Assembly: GCA_021372415.1 (NCBI GenBank)
Contig: JAJFUM010000373.1
Location: forward strand, 902-64,901
DNA: 64,000 nt
Direction: 5' to 3'
From: Deltaproteobacteria bacterium
GTDB lineage: Bacteria > Desulfobacterota > Syntrophia > Syntrophales > UBA5619
Below are positions 55,692 to 63,369 of this stretch, one piece after another. Below the pieces are notes generated by a model. It had not been told where the DNA came from, searched no databases, and worked only from the letters and a program-made list of their open reading frames with translations. The translations under genes were made by a program, and so were the position numbers. How positions within the stretch are numbered: the first letter of the stretch is position 1; each line of letters begins with the position of its first letter.

Positions 55692-56103
55692 GAAAGGCGG
55701 TGGCGTCTCATATGAGCCCAAAATGACATAAACGGCGCCCAGGTCGTACGTTGCATGGAGGTAAATATGAACTCATCTTAACGATTACGGGATCCAACGG
55801 GTCACTTTGAAACCCCTCTCAGCATGGCTCTTCAAAATTTTTTGGTGAAAATCCATCCCCTACCAAAACCAACTGTTGTTTAAAGGTCTCATATCTTTGA
55901 AAATGGAAATGCATTAGAGGTCAAACTCGAAAAGTGCGTAAGAACCTGCCTTTCTACAAAGAATTGGCCTATGAATATTTTACACAAAAGATTGACAGTA
56001 CCCTCGCACCTTTCCAGTGGATATCCCTTCTGCGCAATAACGGGCTTCGACCATTGCAGGCTGGCGCATTGGCATCGGTGCATCTGTGGCGTACAGCCGG
56101 GCA

Positions 56104-58665
56104 TCAGAACGTCCGAAACACCTCATAGAGGATCAGAACCGTCATACCAAGCCCGATTAGCACACTGGCGATCCCGAACACACCCGCGAAGAACTGGATC
56201 CCGGTACCCGGGCCATTGCACTTGATCTCTTCGAGCCGGTTTTCCAGCAGGATGCGTTGGAACTCCAGGGGCCGCTCTTTCTTCAGGGCCTCCAGGGTGT
56301 AGGTCCCGGTGAAGATGTTCCTCTCCAGGGGGAACTTGTCCGGAACGAGGTGGTTATTGAAGAAATGGATCGTAAAAATGAACACCGCCGCCAGGAAGGC
56401 CTCTTCGGAATGGGCTAGGTGCACGATATTGATCATCCAGCCCGGCATGACATGGGAGAAAAGCTCGGGCAGCCACATGATCAGACCGGAGCCCCCGATG
56501 ACGAACATGCCCCAGAAGACGGCCAGAAAATCGAATTTTTCCCAGTAGGTCCAGCGGTCGAACCGGGGTTTTTCCCCCCGGTTGAGGAACCATTTGAACA
56601 TGCCGATGCAGTCCTCGATATCCTTGGGCCGCGGGAACAGCGAATCGGGGCCTAAGAGCCTTCCCAGCCACCCCTTGAACCTGAATCCCGGGAAGAGGAA
56701 CTTGACCGACAGCCAGCAGGTATAGAGGAACAGGGCGATCATGGCCGCGGCACTGATGCGGTGAATGAGGGCCGCGCCTTCGATGCCCCCCATCAGCCTG
56801 ATGAATGATTGCGCCCAGGGGGCGTCCGTATATTTGACCGGGAAACCCGAGAGCACCAAGCCGAAGAAGGACACGATGAGGATCACGTGCATGATCCTCT
56901 CCTTCACGCCGAACCGCCGGACATACTGGCTGCGTTTGGTTTCGGACAGATCGGTCTTTTCCGCAACGCCCATCCGGATGAGGCGGCTGCTTTCCGCGTA
57001 GGACTTTCGCCACCAGAGAAGCGAGTGGGTCCAGAAGAACATGAAAACCCCGGCCAGCAGCGCGATCATGAATTTCTTGGTCAGGTACAGCGAGAAGAAT
57101 CCCTTGGGGTTGTCCGGATCCGGGTGGGGCACGTAGGAGACAAAACGCGGGTGGAAATTGTGATGACAGTTCCCGCAGGTCTTCACGAGGGCCTCGGGAT
57201 TCAATCCCGATGACGGGTTGTCCGCGGGCAGGATGTTGTGGCCGAGATGACAGTCCGTGCAGCCGGCAACCTTGTCGAGATACCCCAGATTCTTGGCTTT
57301 GCCGTGATACGTTTCGCCGTAATCCCTGGTAATCCCTTGGAAGGTGCCGTAGTTTCCGGCGACGCCGCCTTCCCGGTGGCAGGAGATGCAAATACCCGTG
57401 TAAAATTCCCTTTTTTTCGCCTTTTCATCTCGATCCCGGGGGAAGAACGGCATGGCGTGCGTCTTGTGGCAGTCGTTGCATGCCGCGGCATCCCTGTTCC
57501 CTGCCAGGACTTTGGCACCGTGCCCCTTGTTGACGAACCGGTCGGTGTCCTTGTGGCACTTGAGGCAGGAGGTGATCACGGCGACCTTGTCCCCCTTGCC
57601 CTTGACGGCTTTTTCCGGGTGAATGTCGTCGTGGCAAGCCAGACAGGAGAGCTTTGCCGCAATGGCGTGGTAACTCTTTTCATACGTCTTGGCCGTATCC
57701 TTGTGACAGACCGCGCAAGAGACGGGTTCCGGCTTCTTACCCTCCTTTTTCATGTGCATCCTGAGGTCCTTGATGCCCTGGTGACAGGTGGCACAGTCCA
57801 AGGTCCCGTGGGCTGTTTGGGAAAAGTGCTTCCGGTATTTGGGTGCCGAATGGCAGGTCGTGCAATCCGGCGTCCCGAGGGAAACGGACGGCGTGGCCGC
57901 CTTTGCCGGCTCTGTCTTGGCCGGTGACGGCGACCGGGATTCGCGGGGATGGATGCCGCCATGGCACTGGTTGCAGGAGAACTTCTGCAGGTCCTTGTGA
58001 AGCCCCTTTTCCAGGATTCTGCTGTGGCAGTTGAGGCAGGGTGCCGTTACGGAAGGCTGTTTGCCCTGCATGTGCTTGGGAATCTCGTTCACGCCCGTGT
58101 GGCAGGCGGTACACCCCAGCGCCCCGTGCTTGGTCGCTGAAAAGTATTGATTGTATTCCGGCTTGGCGTGGCAGGCTGTGCATTTGGGGGCCGGGGCAGT
58201 TGTCTTGAGGGCGTCGGATTTGCCGGGGAGTCGGGCGTCCCCATCGGTTTTTTTGTCAGCTCCGGCGGGTGAGACGGCGGCGGGAACATTGGAGGGCTTC
58301 TCCGAGCCGCCGGGGCCCTGAACGGGATCGGCTACAGGGGGTTCCGAGAGCATGCGGACATGGTTCACAGGAATCCTGTCTTTGAGGGGGCCCTTGTCGT
58401 TCTTGTGGCACATGAGGCATTGCTGCCATTTCATGGTCCCTGTGTCGATGTGGCTCTCCGGAAGGACGGGCTTGCCGGAATGGCAGGCCTTGCACTGGCC
58501 CGGCTTTGCATCGTCAGGCGCCGCCGCCCATGCCAGGCCGCTCCAGGCGATCAGAACGATGCACAGGATCAGCGTAGAGGTGAAGAATCGCGAAAAAAGA
58601 CCCCGCCGATTATTGCCATTCAAATGCACTGATTTTTCTCCCTGATTCAGATCATATTTTGTCAA
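56104..58665 (-). CDS. fusion of a 15-haem c-type cytochrome domain and a HydC/FdnI-type dihaem cytochrome b membrane domain (CbcL-like)
   Basis: Signal anchor and 15 CxxCH motifs, then about 6 TM helices with His in RIMHV, LIHRIS, VHLAHSEE, IHFFNNH. The ORF opens with TTG at 58665. GTG 58629 has a GGGAGA RBS and may be the true start. Confidence 0.85.
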   Translation of the reverse strand: MTKYDLNQGEKSVHLNGNNRRGLFSRFFTSTLILCIVLIAWSGLAWAAAPDDAKPGQCKACHSGKPVLPESHIDTGTMKWQQCLMCHKNDKGPLKDRIPVNHVRMLSEPPVADPVQGPGGSEKPSNVPAAVSPAGADKKTDGDARLPGKSDALKTTAPAPKCTACHAKPEYNQYFSATKHGALGCTACHTGVNEIPKHMQGKQPSVTAPCLNCHSRILEKGLHKDLQKFSCNQCHGGIHPRESRSPSPAKTEPAKAATPSVSLGTPDCTTCHSAPKYRKHFSQTAHGTLDCATCHQGIKDLRMHMKKEGKKPEPVSCAVCHKDTAKTYEKSYHAIAAKLSCLACHDDIHPEKAVKGKGDKVAVITSCLKCHKDTDRFVNKGHGAKVLAGNRDAAACNDCHKTHAMPFFPRDRDEKAKKREFYTGICISCHREGGVAGNYGTFQGITRDYGETYHGKAKNLGYLDKVAGCTDCHLGHNILPADNPSSGLNPEALVKTCGNCHHNFHPRFVSYVPHPDPDNPKGFFSLYLTKKFMIALLAGVFMFFWTHSLLWWRKSYAESSRLIRMGVAEKTDLSETKRSQYVRRFGVKERIMHVILIVSFFGLVLSGFPVKYTDAPWAQSFIRLMGGIEGAALIHRISAAAMIALFLYTCWLSVKFLFPGFRFKGWLGRLLGPDSLFPRPKDIEDCIGMFKWFLNRGEKPRFDRWTYWEKFDFLAVFWGMFVIGGSGLIMWLPELFSHVMPGWMINIVHLAHSEEAFLAAVFIFTIHFFNNHLVPDKFPLERNIFTGTYTLEALKKERPLEFQRILLENRLEEIKCNGPGTGIQFFAGVFGIASVLIGLGMTVLILYEVFRTF

Positions 58666-58869
58666 TATTCCGTATGGGGCTATTTCGGATCAACCCTCAA
58701 CCCGTGCCTCGCCAGCTTTGCGGCGCGGGAATATACGACGAAATGCCGGGTGGCGCAAGCCCGGACCTCGCGACAGTCAAGAATATTCACTTGACAATTT
58801 TTAAAAACAAAGATAGCGCAGCTAAGTTTTTTGAAATCCAAACGGAGACAGTACCAGAAAGTGAGACCC

Positions 58870-59256
58870 ATGAAGAACCGTTGTTGTAAGAAGCATGCGT
58901 GTTGGTTTGTCGTCTTGGCATTGTTCTTGGTGGTCGGCGCCATGGTGCCCCGGATGCAGGATCGGGCCTGGGCCCAGGGGCAGGACAAATTTCTTGCTGA
59001 CCGTCACCAGGCCAGAGGAGCAAATTGTGCAGCCTGTCACAGGGAAAACCCGCCCAAGGATGTCGCTTCCTCCGAGGCCTGCATAACGTGTCACGGTAAC
59101 ATGGGGAAGGTGGCCGCGAAGACCGTCGACGCCAAACCCATCAATCCCCATGACTCCCATCTGGGGGAGATCGCCTGCGACCAGTGCCACAAGGGCCACA
59201 AGGCCTCGGTGAACGCTTGTGCCCAGTGCCATCCGTTCGAATTGAAGGTTCCGTAA
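58870..59256 (+). CDS. periplasmic tetrahaem cytochrome c (flavocytochrome c3 N-terminal-domain type)
   Basis: Signal peptide and 4 CxxCH motifs (CAACH, CITCH, CDQCH, CAQCH). Spacing and flanks match the Shewanella Fcc3 haem domain by eye. Confidence 0.85.
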   Translation: MKNRCCKKHACWFVVLALFLVVGAMVPRMQDRAWAQGQDKFLADRHQARGANCAACHRENPPKDVASSEACITCHGNMGKVAAKTVDAKPINPHDSHLGEIACDQCHKGHKASVNACAQCHPFELKVP

Positions 59257-59285
59257 ACATTTTAAGGAAAGGGAGAAGATGAAAA

Positions 59286-60911
59286 ATGAGTGAACAGAAA
59301 AAAATTACGCGTCGAGGATTCATGGTCGGCGCCGTGGCAACCGGAGGGGCCATAGCCGGTGCGGCAGTGCTGAGCGGTGAGGCTTTGGCGAAAGGAACTC
59401 CCCCGGCCATGCCGAAGAAATGGGACAAGGAAGCGGATGTGGTCTGTATCGGTTACGGCGGGGCGGGGGCGGCGGCGGCCATCTCGGCGCATGACGCCGG
59501 CGCGAAGGTCCTCATCCTGGAAAAAATGCCCCAGGGAGGCGGGAACACAGCCGTCTCAGCCGGCGGGTTCCTTTGTCCGAAGAACGTTCCCGATACCCTG
59601 ACATATATCAAGGCCCTGTTCTCCTTTTCCAAGTCCGAAATGGACGAGGAATTGGTGAAGGTCTACGCCGAGGAGTCGGTCAAGAACGTGGATTGGGTCA
59701 AGAGCCTCCGGGAGGGAACGGAGGTGATCGTTTATGGCGGCGCCGGTTTCGGCCATGTCCCGGGGGCCAAGGCGATGAACAAGTACTCCGTTGTGGGCAA
59801 GGGCAAGGGGATGGGCGGCGGCTCCGACAACCTTTGGGAACTGCTCAGCTACGCCGTGGAACAGAAACGGAAGATCCCGGTCATGCTTGAGACGCCCGCC
59901 AAGCGGCTCGTGACCAACGCCAAAGGCGAGGTGGTCGGCGTCATCGCCCTCTCAAAGGGCAAGGAAATCGCGATCAAGGCGAAAAAGGGCGTCGTCCTGA
60001 CGACGGGCGGGTACGAATTCGACACCAAGACCCTCCAGAGTTCCGTCAAGGGCTTCCCGATCTACGCTTTGGGAAACCCGGGCAACACCGGGGACGGGAT
60101 CCGGATGGCCCAGAAGGTCGGGGCGGGGCTCTGGCACATGAACGGCGTCTCCTGTCCCCTGGGGATCAAGGTCCCCGGGTTCGAGGCGGCCTTCTTCATG
60201 AACATCAGCGTGCCGGGTTTCATCTATGTGGACCGGCACGGCAAACGCTTTGTCAATGAGAAATCCATCGAAGTCCACGCCGGCCTACTGGCCATGGATT
60301 TCTTTGACGGCCACGCCCTCGAGTATCCCCGTATCCCTTGCTACGCCATCTTCGACGAGACGACCCGGCTTAAGGGCCCCATCACCGCGTCCGGAGGCCA
60401 AGGCTACAACCTCAAGCGGCTCCACAAGTGGAGCAAGGACAATGCCGACGAGATCCAGAAGGGGTGGATCATCAAGGGCGACACAATCGAGGATTTGGCC
60501 AAGAAACTGAAGATGGAACCTGAAGTCCTGGCGGGAACTCTGAACCGCTGGAACGAGGACATAAAGAAGGGCGAGGACAGCCAGTTCCACCGGCCTATCA
60601 ATGCCCCGAAATCGGACAACCCGGCCTACAAGGAACTCGTGACGGCGGCCTGGTCCGAACCGATCGAAAAGGGGCCCTTCTACGCCCTGGAGCTCTATCC
60701 GAGCCTACTCAACACGCAGGGGGGGCCGCGGCGTAACACCAAGGCGCAAATTCTGGATGCCTTCGGCGAGCCGATTCCCAGGCTCTACAGTGCCGGCGAG
60801 CTGGGCTCCATGTGGGGCATCATTTACCAGGGGGCGGGCAACATCGGCGAGTGTTTCGTGTACGGGCGCATAGCCGGAAAGAACGCCGCGGCGGACAAGG
60901 CCTGGAAGTAG
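59286..60911 (+). CDS. Tat-exported FAD-dependent oxidoreductase (FAD_binding_2 superfamily, KstD-like rather than fumarate reductase-like)
   Basis: Twin-arginine signal KKITRRGFMVGA...ALA. Dinucleotide fold DVVCIGYGGAGAAAAISAHDAGAKVLILEK. C-terminal LYSAGELGS...YQGAGNIGECFVYGRIAG. AAGGGAGAAG RBS. Confidence 0.85.
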   Translation: MSEQKKITRRGFMVGAVATGGAIAGAAVLSGEALAKGTPPAMPKKWDKEADVVCIGYGGAGAAAAISAHDAGAKVLILEKMPQGGGNTAVSAGGFLCPKNVPDTLTYIKALFSFSKSEMDEELVKVYAEESVKNVDWVKSLREGTEVIVYGGAGFGHVPGAKAMNKYSVVGKGKGMGGGSDNLWELLSYAVEQKRKIPVMLETPAKRLVTNAKGEVVGVIALSKGKEIAIKAKKGVVLTTGGYEFDTKTLQSSVKGFPIYALGNPGNTGDGIRMAQKVGAGLWHMNGVSCPLGIKVPGFEAAFFMNISVPGFIYVDRHGKRFVNEKSIEVHAGLLAMDFFDGHALEYPRIPCYAIFDETTRLKGPITASGGQGYNLKRLHKWSKDNADEIQKGWIIKGDTIEDLAKKLKMEPEVLAGTLNRWNEDIKKGEDSQFHRPINAPKSDNPAYKELVTAAWSEPIEKGPFYALELYPSLLNTQGGPRRNTKAQILDAFGEPIPRLYSAGELGSMWGIIYQGAGNIGECFVYGRIAGKNAAADKAWK

Positions 60912-60965
60912 GCCAAGGTGGGACCGCCCTTCAGCGGCCTGCTCTGCGGACGTAAAAAAAGGAAA

Positions 60966-60999
60966 GGCCGCAGCGTCGAAAAGGCGCTGCGGCCTTTTT
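60966..60999 (+). terminator. rho-independent terminator of the cytochrome/flavoprotein operon
   Basis: GGCCGCAGCG-(9 nt)-CGCTGCGGCC perfect 10-bp GC stem followed by TTTTT. Confidence 0.85.
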
Positions 61000-61680
61000 C
61001 GGCGCCAGCCCCGGTGTATATGGCCTTCGCCCGGAGTGTGGCCAGGTGGCCCAGGACAGCCAAACCTTGGTGGGGAGCCCCCCGTGCATGATGCGCAGAG
61101 GCCATTTCCCCTCACTAATCTGACCGTTCAGACCGTCAGTCATTGATCGAAGGCGAATCCCTCTAAGGAAAGAATATTGAAAATTTTCTAACAGATCTGT
61201 CTTGACCGCCTCTCCCGCCACCTGTGTTACCAGATATTTGACCCCGCCCCGGTCTCTGCCCCCTTTGACGCGGCGATGAGATCCTGCACCGCGAGCGTGA
61301 TGGAGCCAGCGCGGCCGGCCTGCACGAGAGGACTGCGGGCCGGAAGATGCTGATCAATGTTTCTTGAGGACCACAGAACGTGCAGGTGAAAAACGCATGA
61401 CCAACGGTGCCCCGGTGTCGACCTCGGCGAGACGATCAACTTCTGTCACGGCACAAACCCCGCCAGGGTGCCCCAGGTTGATTTCGAGGTATATCCTTTG
61501 CTCCATTAAGAAGGGATCGTCCAACCTACCTGGCAAAGAATAAGAACCTTGCCTATCTCCGTTCATGGCCCCATCGTCATGTCGGACAGCGTAATGGATG
61601 GGTTGGATTTCGAGCTGTTTGCTTATCGGGGAGGGGAGGGGATTTTGAAGACCACAGTGGCGAGGGTACTCTCAAAACGA

Positions 61681-61830
61681 CCCTATATACGCGAGAAAAG
61701 TTTCAGGGATGTTCTTTTTTGAGAAATAAATGATTACTTGATTACTTCATTACTCTATTCAATAAACGTGTGACGCGAGATTCCTTCCTAAGTTTTTAAT
61801 TTCTTGAAAAGTTTTCTCGTGTATAGGGGG
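61681..61830. repeat. imperfect about 22-bp inverted repeat enclosing an AT-rich about 100-nt core with tandem 8-mers
   Basis: CCCTATATACGCGAGAAAAGTTT (61681..61703) against the reverse complement of 61807..61830, CCCCCTATACACGAGAAAACTTTT. The core contains GATTACTT GATTACTT CATTACTC. Confidence 0.6.
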
Positions 61831-62329
61831 AAGATTTAGGGGTGGGTCGGAGCGAGACGCGCCGTCCTGTGGTTACCCGGAGGCGGTTTTTCATTACCGG
61901 GATTTTTCAAGTGTTGAATTTTTTTCAAAAAATTTGTTACCCATATGTCGACCCTCCCCCTCTCTACTACACTCAGCCGGATATTTGACCGCCCCCCGGG
62001 GTCATCGAACTCTCAAGGAGCGCGCCCGGTGAAGGGCGCGGCGCGACCCCGCGCTCAGTTCGTGTCGTCCCGTGCTTGTGTCAATGCACCACGGTTCGCC
62101 AGGGGCTCGCATATGTGGGGCATAGTGTGCGCACCCTGTTGCCTTGAGAAGGCTAAAGGCGCGACTTATTGTGAGGGGCAGGGTGTTGCGTTCGCTAAGA
62201 AGCGGCTACTGATTTTCTATCTGTAAAATTTGCGATACTCTTCCGCATTGTCTTTTACACACCTTCCGCTATCCTTTACCTAAGTAAAGTCCGACTTATT
62301 TCAAACCCCCAAACGAAAGGAGACAGAAC

Positions 62330-63271
62330 ATGGCCGTCATCGAGATTGAAAAACCAAAGACGTACAATTATGTGTTCAGCTCGTACCTGAAACCCGTCGC
62401 CCGAGTGAAACCCGGCGACACCGTGATCATGAACACGGAAGACGCATGCGAAGGAAGAATCCAGACCGCCGCTGACCTGCCCAAGAAGGCGTTGTCCAGT
62501 GTCGCCTTCCTCAATCCACAGACGGGGCCGATCTATGTGGAGGGAGCCGAGCCGGGCGACACCATTGCCATAAAAATCGTGAAGATCGAGCCGACTACGA
62601 ACCAGGCCTTCAGCGCATTCGCTGAGTTTTTCGGAGGCCTCTCTTCCGGGCCTTTTACCCGCACGCTCCAGGAGCCTCTGAAGGAAAAAGTTTGGATTTG
62701 GAAGCTTAAAGATGGAAAGGATGGAAAATACTACATCAACGATGAAATCCGGGTCAAGGTTCCCTTCGAACCGTTTGTCGGCACGCTTGCCACGGCCCCG
62801 AAGCTGGAGGCAATCTCCTCCTTAACCCCGGGCCCCTTCGGCGGCAACCAAGACGTTCCGGACGTTAGACCTGGCAACACAGTCTATCTGCCCGTCTTCA
62901 ACCCTGGTGCGCTGGTCTTCACCGGCGACTGTCATGCCCATCAGGGTCAAGGGGAACTCTGCGGCTTCGCACTGGAGATCCCGGCAAGGGTTACCCTCAC
63001 TTTCGACCTCATCAAGAAGAAGGCGATTGCCTGGCCACGGATCCTCTCCCCGGACAAGATCATGACGATCGCAAGTGCCAGACCTATGGAAGATGCCGCC
63101 CGCATTGCTAATGTGGAGCTCTGTCTGTGGATGGAAGAAGAGTTCGGCTTCACGAGATGGGAGGCTTACGAACTCCTCACGCAGGTCGGCGGCCTCTACG
63201 TGGGGAATATGGTCGATACGTTCTACTCTCTCGTGGCGAGTATCGAAAAGAAGTACCTCGTTCGCGAATAA
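62330..63271 (+). CDS. acetamidase/formamidase (FmdA/AmdA) family protein
   Basis: AAAGGAGAC RBS. Family pattern GPIYVEGAEPGDTIAIKI, GGNQDV, VYLPVFNPGALVFTGDCHAHQGQGELCG. Confidence 0.85.
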   Translation: MAVIEIEKPKTYNYVFSSYLKPVARVKPGDTVIMNTEDACEGRIQTAADLPKKALSSVAFLNPQTGPIYVEGAEPGDTIAIKIVKIEPTTNQAFSAFAEFFGGLSSGPFTRTLQEPLKEKVWIWKLKDGKDGKYYINDEIRVKVPFEPFVGTLATAPKLEAISSLTPGPFGGNQDVPDVRPGNTVYLPVFNPGALVFTGDCHAHQGQGELCGFALEIPARVTLTFDLIKKKAIAWPRILSPDKIMTIASARPMEDAARIANVELCLWMEEEFGFTRWEAYELLTQVGGLYVGNMVDTFYSLVASIEKKYLVRE

Positions 63272-63309
63272 TCCCAGCGCCCCGGAGCAATCTCCGGGAC
63301 GTTTTAATT

Positions 63310-63347
63310 CTTTTGTTGGGCGGTGCCGTGGCGCCGTCCAACAAAAG
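63310..63347 (+). other. 14-bp stem hairpin between the formamidase and MFS genes (no T-run)
   Basis: CTTTTGTTGGGCGG-(10 nt)-CCGTCCAACAAAAG with one G-U wobble. Possible attenuator, processing site or weak terminator. Confidence 0.4.
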
Positions 63348-63369
63348 TCATAAATAGGAGGTGACCCAT

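Noticed and set aside
59286-60911. Calling the Tat flavoprotein a periplasmic fumarate reductase (Fcc3/IfcA-type).
   Set aside because: By-eye alignment shows none of the four conserved fumarate-binding or catalytic His/Arg residues. The C-terminal FAD motif looks KstD-like (YQGAGNIG) rather than NRLGGN. It is kept as an oxidoreductase of unknown substrate.
61163-61566. Three overlapping minus-strand ORFs (61163..61357, 61227..61439, 61354..61566) and the plus-strand ORF 61945..62226 as real genes.
   Set aside because: They are short, lack an RBS and change frame. Only a vague resemblance (GHPGG...VDRLAEVDTGAPLVMRF) to the C-terminus of cyclophilin-fold PxpC/AHS2-type proteins was noted, which is too weak to annotate. 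They are treated as a possible decayed remnant inside the non-coding region finding.
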